From: a virus
Direction: 5' to 3' (one strand)
Virus record (IMG/VR): IMGVR_UViG_3300045988_158116
DNA length: 37,724 bases
This document shows positions 24,079 through 33,260 of the stretch, one piece after another. The position numbers were made by a program, and so were the translations under genes. Every line of letters begins with the position of its first letter. The stretch's first letter is position 1. Below the pieces are notes generated by a model that did no database searches, had not been told where the DNA came from, and worked only from the letters and a program-made list of their open reading frames with translations.

Positions 24079-25413
24079 ATGACAACTTCGGAGATTTTTG
24101 ACATACCGCAGACACCGTTTCAGGCGGTGATGCAAGAGGTGGCGGACACTACCTCGGTTTTTGACTCGCCTGGTGGACGTTTGCATGTGCGACCTGTGCC
24201 TGGGTTTGAGCATGAGATGTATGTGCCTTATGGCGATGACAACCAATTGCCCTATGAACTGATTGCGTTGGTGGGGGGAGACGAGGTGACGGCACAGAAT
24301 AAACTTTTTAATGTGCTGACCTGCTATGGGGCAGGACTGCGCATGGTGGATGCTGCATCGGGCGAGGTGACGCAAAACGCAGACGTGAAAAGTTGGATGC
24401 GCCGTCAGTTTATGCCCAGGTATATGCTTGACCAAATGACGGACATGAAATATTTTTACTACTCGGTGTGCGTGATCATTTTGAACCGCGAGGGAACGCG
24501 CATTAACCGTTTGGTACATAAGGAGGCTTGCTACTGCCGACTGGAGCAAGCGGATAAGCGTGGACGCATTGGGCATGTGTATTATGCAAATTGGCAGGAC
24601 TACCAAGAAACGCTGTCGGGTGTGGAAAGAATAGAGTTGTTGGATCCTGACGACCCTTATGGGGATTTGTGTGGGCGCATGGGAATTGACCCTGACACGC
24701 GACGACCTAATGGGCGACCTAAACAGCGGTGCAGAAAGTTTGCGATGCTGATGCGTTTCCCGACGGCTGGGTGCCAATATTACCCCGTTCCTTACTGGAG
24801 TGCGGTGTTAAGGGGTGGATCGTATGACGAGAAGCGTTTGATTTCGACTGGTAAGCGTGCGAAGCTTAGAAACACGACGAGTGTGAAGTATCAGGTGGAG
24901 ATTGAGCGTTCGTATTGGCAACGTATTTGCACTGAGGAGAACATTACGGATCCTGTGGAGATGCAGGAACGTGTGAAGCGCGAGAAGGAGAACATTAAGA
25001 ACTTTGTGTGCGGTGTGGAGAACTCGGGCAAGGCTTGGATTAGTGGCTACTATGTGAACCCTGATGGGCACGAGGTGCGCGATATTCGCGTGACGAACAT
25101 TGAGGGACAGAAGGAAGGTGGCGACTGGAACGAGGATGTGCAGGCTGCTGCGAACACGATTTGCTATGCTGACAATGTGCATCCTAACCTTGTGGGTGCT
25201 GTGCCTGGTAAGACGCAAACGAATAACTCGGGCTCGGATAAGCGAGAGTTATTCACGATGAAGCAGGCTTTGGAGATTGCTTTTCATGATATGCTGCTTG
25301 TGCCCTTGCATGTGGTGTGCTGGTTTAATGGGTGGACGGATGTGGTGCCACAGATACCGATGATTCAGCTGACTACGCTGGATAAGCATAAGGATGCGGA
25401 GGTGGTGAAATAG
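24079..25413 (+). CDS. Hypothetical virion protein (portal candidate by size only)
   Basis: 444 aa. No portal-sized gene follows TerL, so this is the best-sized candidate. No motif verified. Confidence 0.6.
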   Translation: MTTSEIFDIPQTPFQAVMQEVADTTSVFDSPGGRLHVRPVPGFEHEMYVPYGDDNQLPYELIALVGGDEVTAQNKLFNVLTCYGAGLRMVDAASGEVTQNADVKSWMRRQFMPRYMLDQMTDMKYFYYSVCVIILNREGTRINRLVHKEACYCRLEQADKRGRIGHVYYANWQDYQETLSGVERIELLDPDDPYGDLCGRMGIDPDTRRPNGRPKQRCRKFAMLMRFPTAGCQYYPVPYWSAVLRGGSYDEKRLISTGKRAKLRNTTSVKYQVEIERSYWQRICTEENITDPVEMQERVKREKENIKNFVCGVENSGKAWISGYYVNPDGHEVRDIRVTNIEGQKEGGDWNEDVQAAANTICYADNVHPNLVGAVPGKTQTNNSGSDKRELFTMKQALEIAFHDMLLVPLHVVCWFNGWTDVVPQIPMIQLTTLDKHKDAEVVK

Positions 25414-25525
25414 ATGGACTAGAGGAGCTAGAGAGACTAGACGGGCTAGACGGACTAGACGGGACTAGAGGGGATAGACGGGACTAGAGGGGCTGGCGCG
25501 ATGACTAGAGAGGGGTAGATGAGAC
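25411..25525 (+). repeat. CTAGA-core array 4 (11 units) with an internal GGCTGGCGCGATGA module
   Basis: Six TAG triplets at 25411, 25420, 25429, 25438, 25447 and 25456 are in frame with the upstream stop. The module lies at 25491-25504. Confidence 0.9.
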
Positions 25526-25543
25526 TAAATTAAGAAAAGAGTT

Positions 25544-26434
25544 ATGGTTGAAATAGATAAAAATACTTTTGAGCGGGTGGTGCCTGCTTTTAAAACGCCT
25601 ACTGGTGAGGTGTTTAAGAAGGTGGAGCGGTTTGTGAAGGAGGCTGCTGCTGAATGGGACTCGGTGATGGTGGAGGGCGCTAAACTCTCGGCTGTTATTG
25701 AGGAGAAACTGAAGGTGGCAATTTGCTCGAGAGCTGCTTATAATGCTATGCCTCACTTGGACCTTGTGCTTACGCCTACGGGATTTGGCATTGTGAGTAA
25801 CCAAAACACGGCTCCTGCATCGAAGGAACGAGTGGGGGCGTTGCGTGAACAGTTGCGCATAGATGCCAGCGAAATGGAAGACGATGTGATGGAGTATTTG
25901 GCCTGGCAGAACCTGATGGTGGATAGACAAATGCGGGTGAGAAACTTGCTTTGGACTGCGCGACTGATGGACCGCTATGGCATTAGACCGACTGACAATG
26001 TGCTTGAACGATTGTTTCAGCGCAATGTGTTGTGGCAAGCTCCTTACTTTTATGGCTATGGTACGAGAACTAAGGACTTGCGCAGGGTGTATAAGGAAGA
26101 GAGGCAGGAGCTTATGACGGCTATGCATGATGCGAACGCAAGGCTTGTGGACGTGATTTCGCCTGAACTGAATGAGGCCTTGATAGCCTTTCAGTATGGT
26201 GGGGTTAAGCCTGATGACGCGGTATTATACGCTATGTTGCTTGAAAATGCGCGTTATTTGCTTGCAGCCTACGTGATGCAACAGCCGACGGCTCACTTTG
26301 AGCGACAGCTGCTTGACATGCTAATGAAGCATGCTGCGGAGATTCCTGAATTTTACAATAGTAGGACTTATGAGGCCTACAAGGTGAAGGCTTATGAAAA
26401 TGGGAAAGATGATGCGTGCTACTTCTTCTGTTAA
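25544..26434 (+). CDS. Hypothetical virion protein
   Basis: 296-aa ORF. Confidence 0.65.
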   Translation: MVEIDKNTFERVVPAFKTPTGEVFKKVERFVKEAAAEWDSVMVEGAKLSAVIEEKLKVAICSRAAYNAMPHLDLVLTPTGFGIVSNQNTAPASKERVGALREQLRIDASEMEDDVMEYLAWQNLMVDRQMRVRNLLWTARLMDRYGIRPTDNVLERLFQRNVLWQAPYFYGYGTRTKDLRRVYKEERQELMTAMHDANARLVDVISPELNEALIAFQYGGVKPDDAVLYAMLLENARYLLAAYVMQQPTAHFERQLLDMLMKHAAEIPEFYNSRTYEAYKVKAYENGKDDACYFFC

Positions 26435-27122
26435 GAACGGAGAGGTGGTGGTGGAGCTGCCCAATGGGTGGAAGCAACTGACTGACGGACAACGACGCTA
26501 TGTGTGTGACTTGCTGAGTGCTGAAGCCTGGACGATGGACGAGGTGAAGGCGCTGCTGATTGTGAGACTTGGTGGTGCAAGGCTTAGGCAATGGCGTGGT
26601 GCAGATGGGCAAAAGGAGTTGGCTATGCAGATAGCTGATGGCATGAGGTTGCTCGACTGGATGGATGCTCCACCTGATGAACCTTCGTTGCTTGGCGAGA
26701 TTGATGGGTGCAAGGCTAAGGATGCTATGCTTTATGGTGTGGCGTTTAGGGACTATTTGGCAATAGAAAATTATTATCAAGGCTACTTGATGAGTAAGGA
26801 CGATGCTGCGCTCGATGCGATGGGCAGTGTGATGTATGGCGGATTGCGCAAGGCATTTACTCGCAGCGAACGCTATATGCTGTTGCTATGGATGGTTGGG
26901 CTTAAAGGTGCTTATGCTCGGATGTTTCCCCACCTTTTTAGCCAAACGGCAGAAGAGGGTGGGGAGGCTCCCGATCCGCGTGAGGTGATGTGTGCTGAGA
27001 TTAGAGCCTTGACGGGTGGCGACATTACGAAGCAGGAGGCAGTGCTGAATGCTGACACGATTGATGCACTGACAGAACTTGACGCTAAGGCGCGGGAGAG
27101 TGAGGAATTAAGTATTAAGTAA
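26394..27122 (+). CDS. Hypothetical virion protein
   Basis: 242-aa ORF. All candidate ATGs (26394-26412) overlap the upstream gene by at least 23 nt. Confidence 0.6.
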   Translation: MKMGKMMRATSSVKNGEVVVELPNGWKQLTDGQRRYVCDLLSAEAWTMDEVKALLIVRLGGARLRQWRGADGQKELAMQIADGMRLLDWMDAPPDEPSLLGEIDGCKAKDAMLYGVAFRDYLAIENYYQGYLMSKDDAALDAMGSVMYGGLRKAFTRSERYMLLLWMVGLKGAYARMFPHLFSQTAEEGGEAPDPREVMCAEIRALTGGDITKQEAVLNADTIDALTELDAKARESEELSIK

Positions 27123-27135
27123 TAAGTATTAAGTA

Positions 27136-27645
27136 TTGATGGACGAACGCGAAAATAAACAGCCCTTTGACTTTGTGAGTTACATGGGGCAACTCGTGAA
27201 GGAGAATAAATTGGCGCAGAAGGAGGGTTTTGCGGTGACTACTTGCTCGGGGATTGAGCACCTGGAGGGTATGTTGGAGATGTACCAGACGGGGGCGAAC
27301 TTTGTGTGTACGAGTGATGTGTGCCAGGAGAGTTTGTTCACTGCGAGCGGTGGATGGTTTAAGCGCAGGGTGTTCACTGTGTTTGTGTTGGCTCGGTATG
27401 CGTATGGCGATGGTGCGGACTATGCAGCGAAGATGGGACTTTGCCGTGAGTTGTTCAGGCAGATGTGTGCGAGGTTTATTCGTGACAGTGAGGAATTGCA
27501 GACTCGGTTGCTTTACTTGAACACGGGGGACATTCGGAGTAATGAGTTGGGCGGTATGTTTTTGAATGGTTGCACGGGGCTTTATTTTATGCTGTCGATG
27601 GATGAGCCTACGGACTTGGTTTATAATGCGGAGGAATGGTTATGA
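27136..27645 (+). CDS. Hypothetical virion protein
   Basis: 169-aa ORF. Confidence 0.6.
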   Translation: MMDERENKQPFDFVSYMGQLVKENKLAQKEGFAVTTCSGIEHLEGMLEMYQTGANFVCTSDVCQESLFTASGGWFKRRVFTVFVLARYAYGDGADYAAKMGLCRELFRQMCARFIRDSEELQTRLLYLNTGDIRSNELGGMFLNGCTGLYFMLSMDEPTDLVYNAEEWL

Positions 27646-27881
27646 AGATGCGTAAGATTTATTTGAAGGATGCGTTGCGACTGCTTGAGGATAAGGGGGC
27701 GCATGACTTGAAGGTGTGGAAGTTGAGCACTGGGGACATTTTGAGCTATAAGGGTGCTGTGTGCGTGGGTGGCTGGAACCGCGGTGGCACGCATAGGGTG
27801 AAGCTGCCTAAGAGTGCGCTGATTAGGGAGTTTCGGGATGTGACGGTGTTTGAGGTGGATGGTATGGAGGTGTATTGGTGA
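27642..27881 (+). CDS. Hypothetical small protein
   Basis: ATGA overlap with the upstream stop at 27642-27645 (track start 27636). Confidence 0.55.
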   Translation: MKMRKIYLKDALRLLEDKGAHDLKVWKLSTGDILSYKGAVCVGGWNRGGTHRVKLPKSALIREFRDVTVFEVDGMEVYW

Positions 27882-27981
27882 TAGATGGGTAGATGGGCTA
27901 GACGGACTAGAAGGCTGGCGCGATGAATGGGGCTAGATGGGCTAGATTGACTAGAGGGACTAGAAGGGCTGGCGCTTGAGG
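27882..27981 (+). repeat. CTAGA-core array 5: two sub-arrays, each closed by a GGCTGGCGC module
   Basis: TAGA units at 27882-27911, then GGCTGGCGCGATGA (27913-27926). Units at 27934-27966, then GGCTGGCGCTTGAGG (27967-27981). Confidence 0.9.
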
Positions 27982-28098
27982 GGCGATGAGCTTGAGGGCG
28001 CGACCGCGCGGGCTGGGACGATGAAGAGGCGCTCGGATGGAAAGGGCGAATGGTGGGGCGAATGGATGGTTTGTGTTAAAAAATAAAAAATGCTTTAA

Positions 28099-28533
28099 AT
28101 GATGGAGAATTGGCGTGAAAGGGCTGATGTGCTTTACTTGAAGGCTTGGCGGACTAAGATGGTGCAGATTTGGCAGGACCGATTGGACTTGCTTGGGGTG
28201 CATGATACGGGGGCTTTGAGACGTAGCGTGAAGGCTGGTGAACTGAACTTGCGCGATGCGGAGGCGGATATGGCTTTTAAGTTTTTGGAGTATGGCATTT
28301 ATGTGGACTTGGGCGTGGGTAATGGGTACCGCCATGGGAATGGTGGTGACTTGGCGTTTTTGGGCAAGGCGTATAGGGCTGAACATCATTTGGGGAAGGC
28401 TCGTGAACGTAAGCCGTGGTTTAACAAGTCGTGGTACATTTCGGTGGAGGTGCTGAAGAATAGGCTTGCTGAGATTTTGGGGGATGACTTTGCGGGGGCA
28501 TTTGACTCGCTGACGGATAAGGAAAGGGGGTGA
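28099..28533 (+). CDS. Hypothetical protein (head-tail joining or tail-completion candidate)
   Basis: 144-aa ORF upstream of the tape measure. FLEYGIYVDLGVGNG is loosely gp10-like; this is weak. Confidence 0.55.
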   Translation: MMENWRERADVLYLKAWRTKMVQIWQDRLDLLGVHDTGALRRSVKAGELNLRDAEADMAFKFLEYGIYVDLGVGNGYRHGNGGDLAFLGKAYRAEHHLGKARERKPWFNKSWYISVEVLKNRLAEILGDDFAGAFDSLTDKERG

Positions 28534-28549
28534 AGAACTCCCTTTTTTT
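28523..28549 (+). terminator. Hairpin plus T7 overlapping the stop codon
   Basis: AAAGGGGG-TGAAGAA-CTCCCTTT followed by a T-run. Confidence 0.55.
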
Positions 28550-28654
28550 GTTCTTTTTGGAGTTAACGGTGTTACTTTTGGGAAAAAGGTTTGGATGATT
28601 GGATGTGAATGTTTATATTCGCGGTATGAAATGGGTATTAACGATTTAAAATGA

Positions 28655-28825
28655 ATGGTTATGTTTGAAATTATTGGTACTTTCGTGGTTTTGACGATTC
28701 TTTTCTTTGTGACAGGAGGGCATAAGAGCAAACCGAACGTTGGTAAATATTCGAGAGAAAGACAGTATAAAAAATTTCTTGAGACTGGTAATAAAAATTA
28801 TTTGGTAAATCGAAATTTAGACTGA
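28655..28825 (+). CDS. Small membrane ORF (56 aa), below the track cutoff
   Basis: MVMFEIIGTFVVLTILFFVTGG, then a basic tail. TACTTTTG -7 box at 28573-28580. Confidence 0.35.
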   Translation: MVMFEIIGTFVVLTILFFVTGGHKSKPNVGKYSRERQYKKFLETGNKNYLVNRNLD

Positions 28826-28853
28826 TTGTTGTTTGTCTTTTTATGGGGCATAG

Positions 28854-28894
28854 AAATGTGTTACTTTTGTAGAAAATCTAAAAGTAACACATTT
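28854..28894 (+). promoter_or_regulatory. Perfect 15-bp-stem hairpin abutting the tape-measure start
   Basis: AAATGTGTTACTTTT (28854-28868), 11-nt loop, AAAAGTAACACATTT (28880-28894). It contains TACTTTTG at 28862-28869. Confidence 0.6.
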
Positions 28895-28895
28895 T

Positions 28896-31800
28896 TTGTA
28901 TATGAATAGCAATGACATTAAGACCGTGACGCTTGCGATAAACTCGGAGCAAGCGCAACGCAAACTTGACGAGATTAATAAAAGGCTTGAGGAGGCACGT
29001 AAGAAGAAGTTGGAGGCTTTTGATCGTGGCGACGGTAAGGCTTTGCAGGCTTATGCGAAGGAGATAAAGAGTTTGGAGGCTCAAAGCGCACGTTTGCAGA
29101 GCCGTGCATCGACGGTGACCCATGTTTTGAACAACTTGGATAAGGCGACTCCGCGTGAACTGAAGGCTACGATTAAGGAGATTAACCGAGAGTTGAACAG
29201 CGGAAGTGTGGAGCGTAACTCGGAACAATGGAAGGCGCTGACACGTGGACTGCAGGAGGCGAATGCTGAACTGAAGAAGATTAAAGATGAGCAGAAGGCT
29301 GCGGAGAAGAGCCTTGGAGAACCTAATAAAATTTCAGAATGGGGTACTAATTGGAGTGGCGTGACCGTTATTCTTGATAGTGCCTTGAACAAACTGAGTG
29401 CAGCCAAAGAGTTTATGGAGCAGTTCGTGAATGAGTATGCTGAAATGGCTGAGCACGAGTCGGGTGTGGCAAAGTATACGGGGCTTGCAAAGGAAGATGT
29501 GGACGCGCTGAATGAAAGTTTTAAGCGTTTGGACACTCGTACACCGCGTGAGAAGTTGAATGACCTTGCTGCGGATGCTGGACGCTTGGGTATTCAGAGC
29601 AAGGAGGCTGTGCTTGACTTTGTGGAAGCTGCAGACCAAATAAATGTGGCTCTTGGCGAGGACTTGGGCGAGGATGCAGTGAAGAACATTGGTAAGTTGG
29701 CGCAGATGTTTGGCACTGACAAGACGATGGGACTGAAGCAAGCTATGTTGTCGACTGCAAGTGTGATTAACGAGTTGGCGCAAAGTTCGAGCGCGAGTGA
29801 GGGGTACATTATGGAATTTACGAACCGCTTGGCAGGTGTGGGTAATCAGGCAGGAATGTCACAAGCACAGTTGATGGGTCTTGCCTCGGTGATGGACCAA
29901 AACCAAGTGGCGGTGGAGAAAGGCGCTACGGCATTGCAGAATGTGTTGACGGCACTGTTTAAGGACCCTGCAAAGATGGCAAAGGCTGCAGGGCTTGAGG
30001 TGGAGGCATTCACCAAGAAACTTTCGGTGGATGCGAATGGTGCATTGTTGGAATTTTTGCAAGCACTGAATAGTGCAGGAGGCATGGACCGACTGACGCC
30101 AATGCTCGCTGAGATGGGACTAAGCGGTGCTGGTGTGACGCAAACACTCTCGACGCTTGCAGGAAAGCTGGGCGATGTGAAGGTGGCACAGACTGAGGCT
30201 GCAAGAGCCTTTGAGGAGGGCACATCATGTACAAATGAAGCTGCGCAAGCAAACCATACGGCACAGGCAGAATTGGAGAAGGCACAGAAGAAGGTGAAGG
30301 ACCTGCGTGTGGAACTTGGGCAAAGATTGTATCCTGTGTTTACGGGTATGAATAATGCGGTGGTGGCTGCTGCGCCTGTATTGAGACGTCTTATTAGTTT
30401 GCTTGGTGTGGTGGTGAACTTTGTGGGCGAGAATGCGCGTGCGATAGTGACAGCAACGGTGGCTGTGACAACTTTTACGGCTGTGATGAAATTGCACTTG
30501 ACGTGGCAAGCCATTTGCAAAGCATGGACGACGGCATGGACTGTGGTGACGAACATTCAGACTGCAGCGACGGTGGCTTTGACGGCTGCTCAAACTGCCT
30601 TGAATGCTGCGATAAAAGCCAATGGTTTTGCTGCACTTGCTTCGCTCATTTTATCGGCAGTTGCTGCGCTTGTTACTTGGGCTTTTGTGAGCAATAGTGC
30701 GACGGAGGCTGAGGAGAAGAACACGAAGGCTAAGAAGGCTAATGCTTCGGCTACGGACGAACAACGCCGTAAGCAAGAATTGCTGAACGAAGTGAAGAAG
30801 GCGCAAGCTGACAGCACGAAGAATGAGCGTGCGCAGATTGAGATGTTGACGGGGATTATTCGTGATAACTCTGCGAGCATAGATGATAGACGTGCTGCGA
30901 TAGCTAAGTTGCAACAGATTGTGCCAGGGTATCATGCCTCGATTAGTTCGAGCGGTGTGTTGATTGAGAAGAACACAAAGGCGATTGATGACTATATTGC
31001 TCAACTTGACCGTTTGGCTTTGGCGCAAGCTGTGTTTGAGAAGATACAGGAGAATGCGAAAAAGCAGATGGACATTGACAGAGCCATTGATTCTTGGAAT
31101 AATGCTATTGCTAAGCGCGAAGGGGAGATGAAGAAGCCTGGGCATGAGAGTCGCACTGAGGGACCTGGTATTACCTTGACAATGCCTGGTGGCAAGAAGG
31201 TGACGAGCAAAGTTGAAACGAATTTTACGAGAATTGAAGATGAGCGCAAGCTAAATTATGATAAGAGTAGGCTAAACTTTTGGACGAATAAACGAAAGGA
31301 GGCGGAAAAAGACAAACAATGGTATATTGACTATTTGAAAAAGCAAGGTGCTTGGGGTGCATATACTAAGATAGTAGCAAATGGTGGTGTGACTTCAGCG
31401 TTGGGAGGTGTGCCGACGTTTAGTCCTACTGCAGGTGGTGGAACAGGTGGCAACCATGGTGGTGGAACAGGTGGCAGCCATGGTGAGACGGACTTGAAGA
31501 AGAAGGAGCGTGAGAAGTTGGAGAAAGAGGCAGAAAAGCAACGCTTGGTGGCAAAGACGCAGTATGATGCGGGACTTATTGACCATCGTGAATATTCAGC
31601 CCAAAAATTGGATATTGACGCGAAGCTTTATGCTGATGAACGCGACCTATACGACAAAAACTCTGAAGAATGGGTGAAATTTGAGCAAAAGCGACTTGAC
31701 GTGAAGAATGAAACACGCAAGGAGAACCATGCTTGGAGTATCCATGAGTTGGACGTGGAGGAGAAGGAAGAATTGGAGGTTGCTAAGAAGAATTATCTTA

Positions 31801-33260
31801 ACGGTACGGTGACGGAGGAGCAGTATGAGAAGAAGAAAAGCGAGATAAAATTGAACTACCTGAAGCGTCGTGCTGCGATGAGTAAACTTTATGGGCAAGA
31901 GGAGGCTGCTGCAAAGTATGAGAGCGAATATGACGAGGCGGTAGAGGCTGATGCTTTGCAGAGAAGAAAGGAATTTTGGCAAAAGGTGGAGACGCTGAGA
32001 AAGGACTATGAGCAGAAGGGGGCAAAGGAGCGTATGGACATTGAATTGCAGATGTTGGACGCTGTGTATAATGCTACGGACGAGACGGGAAAACGCATTG
32101 GCGAGATTACGGATGCGGAGTATGAGCGGTTGAAGAAGCTCATTGGGCTGAAATATAATGGGCTTGATGGTAGTGCGAATGTTGATGGCACGGGAGAGAT
32201 TGCTGATGAACGCAGAAAGAAAGCGCAACAGGCATTGAGCGATGCTGGATATGGTAAGGACTCGGGGGCGAAGAGTGTGGATGCTTCGGTGGACTTTGGC
32301 TTTACTGGTGTGGCAAAGGCTGCAAATGATATTGCAGACACGCGGAAGGTATATGACAACTTGAAGGAGATGCGCGATAAGGACTTAATTAGTGAGCAGA
32401 CTTATCATGATGCTTGTAAAGAGTTGGCTAAGAAGCGTTTTGATAATTTTCAGAACATGGCTGCTGCCTCGTTTTCTGCGGTGAATGCTATTATGAGTTC
32501 TGCCTCGCAACTGTTCCAAGCGCAACAGCAAGAGGAAGAGGCTAAGGTGACGGCAAAGTATGATGCTGAGATTAAGGCTGCTGGACAGAACTCTGCGAGG
32601 GGTAAGCAGTTGGAGGAACAGAAGCAGAAGGACTTGGCTAAGATTAAGAATAAGTATAACAAGAAGATGATGGCCGTGGAGCTTGCTCAGGCTGTGGCGC
32701 AAACTGCGATGAATGCTATTATGGCTTATGGCTCGGTTGTGAAGATTCCGATTGTTGGTCCTGCCTTGGCGGTGGCTGCTGCAGCTGCTGCTACGGCTGC
32801 GGGTATGATTCAGATTGCTACGATTAAGAAGCAGCATGCTGCGCAGAGTGAGGGCTACTATGAGGGTGGCTTTACGGGTGGTAACAGATGGCGACGCACG
32901 GCTGGTGTGGTGCATGAGGGTGAGTTCGTGGCGAACCATGAGGCGGTGAGGAACCCGAATGTGTTGCCTGTGTTGCAGCTGATTGACCATGCGCAACGCA
33001 CGAACCGCATTGCTAGGCTGACGGCTGCGGATGTGAGTAGGGCTATTGCTGCTCCGCTTGCTACGTCGGCTAACACGGCTGCTACGGCTGATGTGGCTGC
33101 TCTGCAACTGGCTGACGGGGGAGCGAATGGCGCGACGAATGAGGTGCTGACGCGACTGACGGAGCAGATGGACCGGGGCATTAAGGCTGTGGTGGTGATT
33201 GATGGGCCTGATGGACTTGATAGACAATGGAGTAATTATAACAAAATGAAGAGACAATGA
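28896..33260 (+). CDS. Tail tape measure protein
   Basis: 1454 aa and the largest ORF. It has a TP901-type TMP-core-like segment (AADAGRLGIQSKEAVLDFVEAADQINVALGEDLGEDAVKNIGKLAQMFG). It also has hydrophobic segments, long coiled coils and a GGGTGGNHGGGTGGSHG repeat. TTG at 28896 or ATG at 28902. Confidence 0.9.
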   Translation: MYMNSNDIKTVTLAINSEQAQRKLDEINKRLEEARKKKLEAFDRGDGKALQAYAKEIKSLEAQSARLQSRASTVTHVLNNLDKATPRELKATIKEINRELNSGSVERNSEQWKALTRGLQEANAELKKIKDEQKAAEKSLGEPNKISEWGTNWSGVTVILDSALNKLSAAKEFMEQFVNEYAEMAEHESGVAKYTGLAKEDVDALNESFKRLDTRTPREKLNDLAADAGRLGIQSKEAVLDFVEAADQINVALGEDLGEDAVKNIGKLAQMFGTDKTMGLKQAMLSTASVINELAQSSSASEGYIMEFTNRLAGVGNQAGMSQAQLMGLASVMDQNQVAVEKGATALQNVLTALFKDPAKMAKAAGLEVEAFTKKLSVDANGALLEFLQALNSAGGMDRLTPMLAEMGLSGAGVTQTLSTLAGKLGDVKVAQTEAARAFEEGTSCTNEAAQANHTAQAELEKAQKKVKDLRVELGQRLYPVFTGMNNAVVAAAPVLRRLISLLGVVVNFVGENARAIVTATVAVTTFTAVMKLHLTWQAICKAWTTAWTVVTNIQTAATVALTAAQTALNAAIKANGFAALASLILSAVAALVTWAFVSNSATEAEEKNTKAKKANASATDEQRRKQELLNEVKKAQADSTKNERAQIEMLTGIIRDNSASIDDRRAAIAKLQQIVPGYHASISSSGVLIEKNTKAIDDYIAQLDRLALAQAVFEKIQENAKKQMDIDRAIDSWNNAIAKREGEMKKPGHESRTEGPGITLTMPGGKKVTSKVETNFTRIEDERKLNYDKSRLNFWTNKRKEAEKDKQWYIDYLKKQGAWGAYTKIVANGGVTSALGGVPTFSPTAGGGTGGNHGGGTGGSHGETDLKKKEREKLEKEAEKQRLVAKTQYDAGLIDHREYSAQKLDIDAKLYADERDLYDKNSEEWVKFEQKRLDVKNETRKENHAWSIHELDVEEKEELEVAKKNYLNGTVTEEQYEKKKSEIKLNYLKRRAAMSKLYGQEEAAAKYESEYDEAVEADALQRRKEFWQKVETLRKDYEQKGAKERMDIELQMLDAVYNATDETGKRIGEITDAEYERLKKLIGLKYNGLDGSANVDGTGEIADERRKKAQQALSDAGYGKDSGAKSVDASVDFGFTGVAKAANDIADTRKVYDNLKEMRDKDLISEQTYHDACKELAKKRFDNFQNMAAASFSAVNAIMSSASQLFQAQQQEEEAKVTAKYDAEIKAAGQNSARGKQLEEQKQKDLAKIKNKYNKKMMAVELAQAVAQTAMNAIMAYGSVVKIPIVGPALAVAAAAAATAAGMIQIATIKKQHAAQSEGYYEGGFTGGNRWRRTAGVVHEGEFVANHEAVRNPNVLPVLQLIDHAQRTNRIARLTAADVSRAIAAPLATSANTAATADVAALQLADGGANGATNEVLTRLTEQMDRGIKAVVVIDGPDGLDRQWSNYNKMKRQ

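Noticed and set aside
22356-24115. Minus-strand ORFs 22356-22757, 22430-22768, 23420-24115, 23853-24104 and 23989-24777, plus 27907-28731
   Set aside because: Each reads through a CTAGA array or polypurine tract (LVHLVYLVHL, SSSS/FFFF runs) and overlaps better-supported + strand genes.
22357-25544. TAG stop-codon reassignment, with the arrays as coding linkers joining flanking ORFs
   Set aside because: The flanking ORFs are in different frames (21940 versus 22458; 24079 versus 25544). Other stop codons occur in the gaps. TAA, TGA and TAG all terminate well-defined genes elsewhere in the window.
19097-27981. CTAGA arrays as CRISPR arrays
   Set aside because: The period is 9 nt with no unique spacers between repeats, there are no cas genes, and the units are far too short.
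29081-33257. Minus-strand and alternative-frame ORFs across the tape measure gene (for example 29846-30556, 31647-32228, 32385-33257)
   Set aside because: They are antisense shadows of a repetitive Ala/Lys/Glu-rich gene and lack independent start contexts.
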